From Paraspadella gotoi (Eukaryota > Animalia > Chaetognatha), in the NCBI GenBank assembly GCA_051294375.1, contig CM119265.1, positions 6,395,489 to 6,459,488 on the forward strand: a stretch of DNA of 64,000 bases. Direction: 5' to 3'. Below, one piece after another: positions 11,480 through 23,000 of this stretch (position 1 is its first letter; the number at the start of each line of letters is the position of its first letter). Under the pieces are notes generated by a model. The model was given only the letters and a program-made list of their open reading frames with translations, had not been told where the DNA came from and did not search any database. A program made the translations under genes and the position numbers.

Positions 11480-12071
11480 CAGTCAGATGCAAAAAAATCG
11501 CGCCACTTTATCTCCGACTTTAAAAATTACCTTATATACTTTGAATTTATTTGTAAATTTTTTTAAAAAATTTTAAAGTATATAAATTTATTGAAAGATA
11601 ATAAGTTTGGCATAAATTTTATTAAAATGTGGCGATCCGTTTCGGAACAGTTATTTTTTAAAATGAAATACTCTAATGCAAAACTAAACGTAAAAAAATC
11701 TGATAGATTTAAAACTTTTTTTTTCTGAAATTTTACATTCCATATAAAAAAAATAAAATGGACATCCGGAAGGATAGCTGTATAACTGGATTGCCCAAGA
11801 TCCTCAAATAATAATTTTAAGGTTATTAAAATATAAGAGGAATAACAGGTTCATGATTCTGAATCTTTTAAATAAAATTATTTTTCTGTTTGGTTTTGGA
11901 ACACTCAAGTTTAAAAAATCATATCTCCTAAACCACTTGACTGATTGTAATAAAATTTAGACCCCCATTCCTTTTTTGAAAATTTTTATTTTCTTATATA
12001 ATTTTTAAAAATGTTTATATAAAGAGTCTGAAATTTAAAGTTATAAAGTAGCGCGTTTTTTTGCACACTAG
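11480..12071. mobile_element. Degenerate Tc1/mariner-type MITE, about 590 bp, flanked by TA
   Basis: Left ta|cagtcagatgcaaaaaaatcgcgccacttta. The right end's reverse complement is ta|ctagtgtgcaaaaaaacgcgctacttta. Confidence 0.65.
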
Positions 12072-12840
12072 TATATTACTACTATTATTATATCTGGTTC
12101 ACACTAAAATAACTTGGTATCACTAACGTAAATAATTTATTTATGCTTTAATTATTTTCAAATGTCAAGGAAAAAGTATCTCAAATTTTGATCTCATATC
12201 CAAGGAGATCCACGGGTACCAACCGCAAAAGTATTTTATAGCTCAGTAACCAATTTAAATACAATTTTTTTTTTGAGTATCATCATATTATTGTAAAATC
12301 CAAGTGTTTGCCCCCTGTAGCAAGACAAAGTTCAGATCGCTTTTTCAAGTTTTCTGATTTTCGAATTCTTTGAGCTTCACTCTCTGGTATTGAATGAGAA
12401 TCAAAAATTTAGAATGAGAACATGCTCAAACGAAAATTTATACATTTTTAAGTATACTTTCAATGTACAAAAAATTTCTTATATGGCTCTATACCCAAAT
12501 ATTTATTTTTTTAATATTTATTTATAGAAAGGAAAGGTGTTAGAGATATTTAATGATTTTATCTGAGTTTGACTCTGTCCGTTCGAATCGAGGAAACGAA
12601 CCTATATTTAGAGTCAGAATTGTGATTTAATAATTCCTGCTTTTCTATTGGTTTAAAGTTTCCTTATTTTTCCTAACCTCAATTCTAGCTTCTTATTGGT
12701 CAAAAGTAGTATTTAAGAGATCTAAACTTATTGAAACTTAGGTTATTCTTGATTATATGATGCAACCAGGAGGTAATATTTTTGTTGAATACTTGAAATT
12801 ATTTGTGAAATTAATACTTAAATTCTTTTTAGATTTAAGC

Positions 12841-12909
12841 GTTTGTCCTCGCTTATTCACGTTTGTCCTCGCTTATTCACGTTTGTCCTCGCTTATTCAC
12901 GTTTGTCCT
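12841..12909. repeat. 20-bp tandem repeat, about 3.5 copies (gtttgtcctcgcttattcac)
   Basis: Perfect copies seen directly. Confidence 0.95.
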
Positions 12910-13356
12910 TATGTTTATCTATATACGTTTAATAATGTCAAATTGGAATCGCGTCTTTATTACTAAATGGAATTATAATTGGACTGCTTAAACCCTGTAT
13001 TGCGTTTGTTTTATGAGAGAAAAACCCGCAACAAAAGGAGTTGGACCCTATTCAGATTCGTTTAAAAACGAGTTCAGCTCGGCAGCGGCGGTCCAGCGGC
13101 TGTCCAGTGTCTCTCTATCTTTCTTTCTCTCTCTGTCTCTCTCTCTCTGATTATTTATTTCGGATCTAATTAAGTAGTTAATTGCCTTAATTAATTAGGC
13201 AAATAATTAATTAGTTTGATTAATCAATTAAATAATTAACTTGAATAAATTAATTATTAATTAATTAATTACCGATAATGATCGTGGGCAGATCCGACAT
13301 TGTTTGCTCAAACTTGTTTTCTTCTGAATAGGGGTAGCCCCTGTCAATGGGGTGAG

Positions 13357-13519
13357 TCAAAAATTTTGAATGAGAACCTGTTCAAACGAAAATTTATACA
13401 TTTTTAAATGTAAAAAAAATTTCTTATATGGCTCTATACCCAAATATTTATTTTTTAATATTTATTTATAGAAAGGAAAGGAGTTCGACCCTATTCAGAT
13501 TCGTCTAAAAACGAGTTCA
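13357..13519 (+). repeat. Chimeric local duplication of 12401-12537 fused to 13034-13076
   Basis: Near-identical blocks joined at a shared aaagg. Confidence 0.88.
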
Positions 13520-14016
13520 TAGGCAAACTACAAATGATTTAACCAAATATATTTACCCATAGGTGAAGAAGATAAGGAAGAACGGATTTCCAAAGAAAAA
13601 AATTTTCTCAACTTTTCTTGGCATTCAAATCAGAAGACGAAAGTGAAAATGGACAAAAATGGACATGATTTTTTTTCCTAAATGTTGCAAAAATTGTACT
13701 TTTTTATCATTAGAAATAGGTCAAGATGATTTTAACCAATCTCTATTTCGGCCCAATTTGTATTGTGTTACAAATTAAATTAATATTATAGGTAATAACT
13801 GTCACTTTCACATAACAATAATTACTGTCTCTTCACGTTCAAGAAATTAACAACTACAAAAATAATGAGGAAGAGAAGTAGAGAAAGCAAAAGAGAGAAG
13901 AGAAAACAAAATATACTAGAATTAGAATTCGATGGTATCCTTTCGTTTTGTTGTGTTATGAGATTAGCAAGAATATTTGTTTTGTCACAACAACAATTTT
14001 ATTTAACATAAAAAAC

Positions 14017-14072
14017 AGACATGTTTCGACTCTGGCTCCTGAATGCGCTGATGAAGACTCGAAACAGAGTTA
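14017..14072. mobile_element. Degenerate Penelope-like pseudo-LTR / hammerhead fragments in opposite orientations
   Basis: The minus strand has gagtcGAAACATGTC followed by AATAAA. The plus strand has CTGATGAAgactc-gaaaca-gagtt. Both use the same GACTC/GAGTC stem as the motif at 53381-53419. Confidence 0.5.
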
Positions 14073-14418
14073 AAGAGAAAATACCATTAAATAAAAAGAA
14101 AAAAAGTTAAATTATAAAATTAACCAATCTTAACGGTTAACCGATAAAAATATTAGTTTTAACGATTAAGCGAATTTCCTAAAAAATTAAGTATTTAACT
14201 TATAACATTCCACAAATCGGCCAGTCAACCATATGCAGTATTTTTCGCACATACAGACTAACGCAGAATGAAAGATGAAGATCGTCTCTCCGATGAATCA
14301 TGATAGATTTAGGGCGCACCGTAGCAGAAGCCATTCTATGTTGTATGTACTGAGATTAAAATTTGATCATGCTTATTTGGCCCTGAAAGTAAGCTTTCTG
14401 TGCTGCAAGTCCTGAGAC

Positions 14419-14546
14419 AAAGCAGAAAAGTGAAGGAGGGGTATTATGGACAATTGGACATTATGTCCATTGGACATGGGGGTGAAGGGATAATATCCTA
14501 ATTTTGGTCAGTTTCCCTCCTACCCTCTCCTTAAATTTTCTGCTTT
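14419..14546. repeat. Small degenerate inverted-repeat element
   Basis: aaagcagaaaagtgaaggaggggta ... taccctctccttaaattttctgcttt. Confidence 0.55.
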
Positions 14547-17009
14547 CTCCTAACTCTCTGTATTTGACCCTGATATTGAAATGTATAATGGATCGATCGC
14601 CTTTAAAAAAGTACCTTATCTCCCATGGGTGACGTTTCATAAAATTAGAATCATTTTTAGGAGTATTAGTATCAATTATCGTGGAAAACTGTCAAAATGA
14701 CATTGTAAGTATATTAAAATTTTTAAAGAAACTAAATCCACCCGTCGTAAAGTGTAAACAACCCCAATGGGCCAATCAAGTATGTACTTATTTTTAACTC
14801 TAAGTCAGTAAGTGATCAGCAACAACAGTCCGTAACCATCTTTAATTATTTTTCCCTCTACGAATTACATTTAAAATGACTGTTATTGCTGCTTGATAAA
14901 TTTTCAGGTCTCCTTCCAATCTTCCAATACCTTTTTCTAGTAGTAGCCATGAACATTTTACTTAGTATTTAGAGTAACAACTTAACTAAATTACCTTTGT
15001 TGAATTCTGTATAGTAATATACTATTTTTCCGGATGAATTTGTGGTATTGAGATCGATTAAAAAAGCGCAATAGTATCAATTTATTCTCAATAGCTTATG
15101 TAAATGAATGCAGTGTAGTAGTAGTACAAATGAATAATTGATATTTTAAATTCTATTAGTTAGATCTAGTTTTATGCTTCAAGACATTAATTAACATATT
15201 AGTGAAGAGGCAACTAGAAACTTTCATGATTTTTTTCCACAAAATTTACATGATTTGCGTTTATATAACCTTGTTTATAAAAATAACTTTTTTGTACAGA
15301 CATGAATGAGAGGCAACGTTGAACAACAAAGACTCAAAGAATAATAGCGTCTTTTCGAGAGCACAGGTTCAAAGCAAGGTTGCCATACTTATAAACAGTG
15401 ATTCTGGAATGGAGATTATCGCTATCCTAAAAAACAGAATTACACGAAAGGACGATAAACAAGAACAAATGACAAACTCACCCAAACACCAAGTTAAGCT
15501 CAGGATCAGTGGAAGGAGAAAAGTTTTTAAAACGATGATTCTTGCTAACTCTGAATTCCTTTCATGACCACAGTAAAATAATACAAAGTTCTTTTATGTA
15601 TTTCGAGAAGTTAAAACTATGCGAATATTCTTGAAAGGAAAATTGACTGTATATAATAAGTATATGTCTGCTTCTATGAAAAGATCACATTTGATAGTTT
15701 CACGACAATTAGGAAACAAAAAAAGGCACATTTGCTAAAGTAAAATATAAAAAGCAAAAAACGCAACGTAATTCAAACGTTGTATTCCTGAAAATTGTCC
15801 TACTACAAACAAATGGAGGGCGAGGTTTCCAAGAAATACGGTACCGCTTGCAAGAATTCGCGTCAACATTTAGTTAAATTATAAAAGATTCCAATTAGGA
15901 AATGACCAATCATTCGTGCAATCAATGAATCCGATTGGAAAATCGTAAGCTTTCTCTCCATGACTATATCGCTGCATTATAATATTAATTTAAAAATATA
16001 AAAATGTGATCATACTACGTCTAAATTTTCATACTACATGCGCTTCATTGATTGGGGTTGATTGAAAACAGAAAAATATAAAACGAAGCTCCAAGAAAGA
16101 GCGAGGCAATAGTATACAAGAGGCCTTTCAACGGTAACAGAGCCCTTTAATGACGGTTCTCGATTTTCACCAAAAAAAAAGTGCAGATTTTCTAGACGAA
16201 AACCGTCAAGACGAGAGGAATAATTTCGTCGCGTGAATAAATTGTATCACTATGTTTCTTTTCATTTCCACGTAATGACGGCTTCAGACGAAGAAACTTA
16301 TAAAAAAGAAAAAATTATCTACATTATTATTTTAAAAACTTGTGCATCGTTTATTCAAATAGAACCATAGGAATATAAAACGGAATCAACAAGGGATGAA
16401 GATTTTCCGAAACGGATCGGGATAGCTCTTCTCCTTTTTTCTGAGAAAAAGGGCAGAGGCTAAACCGAGGATCGTTTCGAGGAAACGATTCTCCCCGAGT
16501 AAGTGAGCAAAATATAGCGAGTCCGCGAGACCCTCGTTTCCCAAACGCTTATCTCCCTTCTCTTTCTCTCTCTCGTGTAAGGTGTAAATTCTAATTGTAG
16601 AGAAAACAAAAAAAAAAAACAGATATAGTGTATATAACCACTTCTAATTGACGAAACGAATGATATTCCATCTTTAGCGTTAGGGGTTTTTTTTATTCTA
16701 AACACAGAGTAAAAAAAAACGAAAAGCTCGCGGAAGAGCCGTTCGACAGCTATCCACCAAAAAGTGAGTGTAGTCCGAAAAAGAGAAAGAGGGCGAGTCA
16801 TGTTTCCATATTTAACCCTCTCGATCTCTCCGGGCAAATCACGAATACCAAATATGCGGAGGGGAATGGCGAGGGAAATGGCTTTTAAGGTAAGGCAAGA
16901 GGGATAAATCATAATGGAAGGGCATGAGGGGACGGAAGAAGATCTAAGGACGGGGATAAGAGTGTAGGGGCACTGGGGCAGGGAATGGAGAGACTAATGT
17001 GGAAAGGAT

Positions 17010-20000
17010 TCAATCGTCGTCACCGATGACGCTGTCGCGCTCATCTCCGTCGCCGTTTTGACTCCGAGGTTCACCGTCTGTAGAATCGTCGAGGATCTGG
17101 AGGAGGTATAGGAAGAAAAATACCACATTTATAAAAGAATAATTAGACTGAAAAGAATAATACAAAAATTGACAATTTCTCACCTGTTGCCGCTGGCGCT
17201 CCCTCTTGGAAAGAATAGATTGACGTAGAGGCTCGGAAGATTGACCACGGCGGAGTTTGTTTCGAGCCGATGACAATTCACGATTCAGCCCCTCGTTCTG
17301 TTCGAAAATATAACAGTGGAATGGAATGCATGAAAAAAAAAAAAGAGAGAGAGAATGACCGCGAGGAAAGATTGAGTGAAAGAATTAAATTACGGTCGGC
17401 GATTATCGAGGTCAATCTACGCAGCTTTTAAATTCAAACGAGAAAGAAACCCTCGTAAAATCTATCTCCGAGCGAACCATTTTACCCAACGCTTTTGCAA
17501 TTAATAGCAGCTTTATCATCACACCAAATACTCGAGGAAATGAAAAATCAATAATTAAATTCAGGCGATCAACGGTCATGCCGCCATTTTCTTTGGTTTA
17601 AATGAGATTGGTATGTCATGCTGAACGAAAAAAAAGTGAAGAGAGCTCACTTCAGATATATTATACAAGAGTTCAAATTATGAAATGAAGGGAGAATGCT
17701 GGGTGAGGATCAATACCTTTACTGTTTCGTTACGCCGTGCTAACGGCAAATACAAAAATAAATAAGACTTGTTTTAAATCGTTTTATTACCTAGTAATTT
17801 TTTTCTGAGCTACAAACGGAACAAGTACATAGTTCGAATCATTATTTAATTCGTAGGAAATCCGTTCCAAAAAATAAAACTTCTAGTACGACGGGAGCCA
17901 AAACGCCTTTCTCTATCGTTTCTAACTTAGCGAGTCCTCATTTTCAGATTTCTATGCATGCAATGTTTACCTTATTTATTTTCGGATTTTAGAACACTAT
18001 CACTATTCAGTTACCAGAATTTCACGCCGCTATAATCCTATAAATCCTATAACACTACGGTTTAGCAAACTGTTAGGAAGTTTTATAACTCAATCTCTGG
18101 TATTAATATCTACAAAAAAATCTCAAATAAGCTTCTTAGTTATATATATTTTTAGTGACGAACAGCCAATGCGTCTTATTAGAATATGCTTCTGTTCTGC
18201 TTTGATATACAATTTACCCATATTATTACCTCGATTACGTAACAGCCTGGCATCTTTCGCTTTAACCTAGCGAAAAACGGTCTCTCGTATCATTTTATTA
18301 ATTTTTTTCTTTAGACGGACAGTAAGGCGATATAAGCCCCCCAGTAAACGAAGCTATTTATTAGCGACAGGCAAGGGTAGAGTCGGAAATATAGAGTTTA
18401 GAAAAAATTGCCATAAGTACCTGTTCTCCGAGGTCATCCAAGTCCCGCTGCAGTTTGCGCTTTTGTTGGTTGAGTCTCGAATTCTCCTCCTCGGCCTCAT
18501 CTAACTGCCGCTTGAGGGCCTTGTATCGGGCGTTCATCTTATCCACCTAAAAAAAATAAATAAAAGGGAATCAATAATTCGAAACGACAACGTAACAAAT
18601 ATAACTAAACAGGTGTTTAAACACAGGAAAAAGGTATTAAACAAAACTGAAATAAAAGCGCACACCTAGGTCACAAATTGTTTTAAATGTTATATGTTAT
18701 AAACTGCGAGAAGGAACACCATTCGAAAACATTTTTAACGATTTTTAAAAACCGCCGGTAAATAAAAATCGCCAGTTATTGTTGTTAAAAGCTCAGTGCT
18801 TGACTATAAAAAATACCTGCTGCTCGTAGCGAATACATTAAACGATCAATGAGAAAAAACACAATATGAGAAGGCGCTATAATTTTTTGAAACTCGGCTA
18901 TCGACGAGGAACCTCCCCCTCTGGGCACCCGGGTAAGGAACGAAAACCTTAAAGCTCGTCTTCAGGGGAACCGATGTTATCACCTGCTCTTTGTACTGGT
19001 CGGCGTGCCTTCTCTCGTCGTCGACTTGCATCAGGACCTCCTTGAGTCGCTTCTCCAACTTCTTGTTGGCGCGAGTCGCCGTGGATCGCTCCTTTTGCTC
19101 CCCGTCTAACTGCTCCTCCAGGTTGGCGATTTTGTGCTCCAGACTCGAAATCGTCGCGCGAGTTCGGTTCTTGTTCTGAAGAAGAAAAAAAAAACAGAAT
19201 GCCGAAAAGAGAAAAACTTATGTATGAACGCAACAATGAAAAAATAAGAAACTAATGAAATAAAATTTATAAAATAATTTAGGGAAACAATCTAAATCTT
19301 ACTGCGTAATGGGAAATGGACTAACCCGTCGGAAAAAAGCGATACGTTAAGGAGTAATAATAATTAGTCTTAAATAATCAGATATTAAAGCCTCTTTAAA
19401 AGCCATTAACAAAACGCCTTTTGTAAATATTCCACCAGTTTTCAGTTACCTGCTGCTCGAGTTCGGCCAGTTTGGCCCTCAGCTCTTTGTTCTGCCTTTC
19501 TAGTTGAGCCCGGGCGTTTTCGAGTTTTTGCGAATTGGCGCGTTCCGTTCCCAGTTCGGCGGCGAGTTGCTCCAACTGCGCCGTCGTCTTGCGGTTTTTG
19601 TCGACCAACATCTCCATGTTTGTCTGCTCTTCGTCCAACTCTTCCTCCAACTAGGATCGGTAGATAAGATGTAGTTAATATTTACGAAGGTTTATCATTT
19701 TTTAATTCCTTTATGGAATATTAATTCTATATCGGTCCGCCTCGCGATCTATCGACTAGCGCGAACAAAAGGGCATTTCGTGGCGAGGCGGACCGATATG
19801 AGAATTATGCAATCGTCGCAAGTCACAACACAATCGCCTCTCTTTTCATCCTCACCTGCTGAATTCTGGCTTCGAGGCGCCTCTTCTCTTCGACCAAGTT
19901 GGTCCTGTTTCCGCCGAGCGAATTCAACTCTTCCTGAAGTTCGTCGCGTTCGCTCTCGAGGGATCGACGCAGGCGCTCCGAGGAGGCGTAGTCCTCGGCC

Positions 20001-23000
20001 ATCTGCGCCATCTCGGCCTCGTTGGCCTTGAGCTTCTTCTCGGCCTCCTTGGCGGCGGCGATGAGGTCGTCCTTGCTGGCTTTGGCCTCGTCCAACTCGC
20101 GCTGGTACTCCTTGAGCTGGTTTTGGATCTTCTTCGCCTGTTTGATGGCGTCGTCCTTCATCTTGTTCGCGCTTTCAACCTGAGGACGAGAAGAGGGAAA
20201 AGTCGAGACTCAGCCCAAGTAGTATTAGGCGCCATCGCATCTTTCCACTTCCCACATTCCACCATATCCTTCCCACCTGTTGTTCCATATCCTTGTAATC
20301 CAGCTCGATCTTCTTCTTGGCGGCGACGGCGAGGCCTCGCTGTTTTCGCTCGTCCTCCAATTCAGACTCCATGTCGCGGATCTGCTTCTGCAGCAACCGC
20401 TTCGACTCTTCGTTCTGCTCGTCTTTGGCGCTCATGTCGCTGCAAAGATAAAGTAAGATTTCGATCAAGGGTTTCCCCTTTCCCCTCAGAGCTTAAATCT
20501 GATGATAATCACTCACCGGTCGAACTGCGACTTCAGGGCCTGCATATTAACTTCGAGCCTCATCTTGGCGTCCTCGGTCGTTTGTAATTCGTCCTCTAAT
20601 TCTTCGATCTGCGTTTTCTGTTCTTCGACCTGCGACGGATCAGCAGTCACGCTTTAAACAAAAGTTCAAAAATTCTAATTCGCTTCAGCTCCTTACCTGG
20701 GATTCAAGTGCACGTTTTGCCTTTTCAAGCTCGTGGTAGTTTTTGGCCTCGATGCCCTTTGTGGACATAAGTTCCTCCAACTCACTCTTCGATGTTTTGA
20801 ACTGGCGCTCAAGATCCTCGTTGACATTGTTTAATTCCTCGTTGTCGCGCAGCAGCGCCAGAACGCGCGCCTCTTTCTCGCGGGCATCCTTCTCGGCCAA
20901 GTCGCGCTCCGAAGCGAGCCGCTCCGACACGCCCTTCTCCTCGGCCAGCAGCTGAACGAATTTTTTGGTATCGTTATCAGTTTATTCATCCAATTGTTAT
21001 CGATCACCGAAAATCCACATTTTTCCCCCTTTTCCTCCACCTGATCGAACTTCTTCTGCTTCTTTTCGAGAGAGGAGAGCGCAGATCTAGAATTTTCAAG
21101 TTCGACGTTGACGTCGTCGAATTCTTGTTGCATCTTCTTGCGGCTCCGCTCCAGCTTCTCGTTTCCGGCCTGAAGGTCCTCATTCTGGTGCTGCAGCGTC
21201 TCCAAGTCCTAAAATAAAACATGAGTCTAAAATTAACCTTTTTAAACATAGTAAACCTTGCGTTTGACTTTACTGACACTAAGAATCTATGCAACGACAT
21301 TACAAACACACACACACACAAAAAAAACGTTTCCCGTCTCGCGATGAGCCTACCTTTGAGGCTTTTTTCTTGTACTCTTCCAAGGCTTCGATGGTGTTGG
21401 CATCTTCGTCGCATTTCTTCTTCAAATGCTCCATCTGCTGAGTGACTCCGGCCAGAGATTTTTCTAGATTCTTCTTGGCCTCCTCCTCTTCCTCCAACTG
21501 ATCCATGAGAGAGTCGCGCTCCTCCTGGAGATTTCGCAGCTTCCCATTGAGGGCGATCTTCTGCGAAGACTCGTCCTGGAGTTGCTCCTGTACGTCGGCC
21601 AGCTGGCTCTCGAGGGAACCAACCTTCGAGGAAAAGCAAGAGCACGAATTGATTTCTTGCAAGGCGTGGACATTCCCAGGCAAATTAGTCACGCTTAAAT
21701 TGTCCCTTTAAATCTTTGTAACCCTCACGCAATAGCGCAATTACGACCTCACAACGACAGTCACGATTAGGTTAATAAAGATGTTGGATTTAATTTTGAC
21801 GAAATCGACCGAAACCGAGTGACGGAAGATTCTTAACGAGCGATTAAATACTAATAAGAGAACGTGAGAACCCATTTTCTCGTCGACGATTCGCACCTGC
21901 TTTGTTAGGACCGAGCAGCGAGACTCGTTGTCCTCGAGCTGATTGGCCAACGATTCGGCCTCCGCGTGCAACTTTGTCAACTTCTCATCCGATTCAACTC
22001 GATTACGTTCGGAATCCTCCAGGCGGAGTTGCAGCTCGCCCGCCTGAACGAAATTAAGCAAATATGAAACTTGATTGGGAATAAATTTCAAGGACGAAAT
22101 CTTCAAGAATAGTGACGATTTCGATGACTGACTTGCGACTCCATTTGCTTCCTCTTCCTTTCAGACTCTTGCTTGGCGGAGGAGAGCGCTTTGATTTCTT
22201 GGGCCATGTCTACGTTTTCCGCTTCTAGATTGTTCTTCGCCTTTTCTAACGAGGATCTTTGGAGACAAGTGTCATTTAACATACAAACTCGCACTTTAGG
22301 ATGCACAGAGAAGAAAGAAGTTCAATATATACAATTATACATACTTGGCCCTGTTGGCGTTGTCGAGCTGCTCGTTGAGTTGCTCCGATAATGCTGAGTA
22401 TTTGGCTCTGGATTCGACGATTGTTTCCTCACGCCTTTGCGACTCTTGTTCCAGGGAGCGTTTCAGCATGATCAGGTCCTCTTCGCGTTTGGCACGAATC
22501 TCTTCGGCCGCTGGATAAGATTTAATTTGTTGCGTGACCTCTCGTTTTGGAAACCGTCACCCCATTTCCCCCCCCCCTTATGACTCACCGAGCCCCTTGT
22601 CTTCGGCCTCTATGAGCTCTGTCTTCAAGGCTTCCAACTCTTCGCTCAAATCCCGTTTCTGCTTTTCCGCCTTTTGACGGGCCGATCGCTCCGTCTCTAG
22701 ATCTTCCTGCGTCTCCTGCAGCGCCGATTCCACTTCTCGCGCTTGTTTTTGCGCCTGACGCCGAAAAATATAAACGTTAGGAATCAATCGGCTTTCGATC
22801 CCCGAATAAGGTTTCTTACCTGGGCCCTAGCCACGGCTTCCTCGTCGCAACGCGTTAAAGCGGCGGTGAGCTCGTCCTCCCGTTTAGCGATCGTTTTGGT
22901 GAGTTCCTCGAGATGAAGCTTCTTCTCGTTGAGTTGCTCCTTTACGTCGGAGAGTTCAGTCTCGACCCGACGTTTGTTTTTTTCCAACTCGCCGCGATTG

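Noticed and set aside
12841-12909. Regular direct repeats, CRISPR-like at a glance (also 31345-31660)
   Set aside because: Head-to-tail repeats with no unique spacers, no cas genes, and a eukaryotic context.
15319-15567. 82-aa ORF with KVAILINS, faintly like a LINE endonuclease
   Set aside because: TTG start and no other conserved motifs; too weak to call.
16460-16912. 150-aa minus-strand ORF
   Set aside because: Lies in the presumed myosin 3' UTR, is low-complexity and has no domain.
18300-18410. agacggacag..gatataag resembling a DINE-1-like end in a myosin intron
   Set aside because: Too short and degenerate to support.
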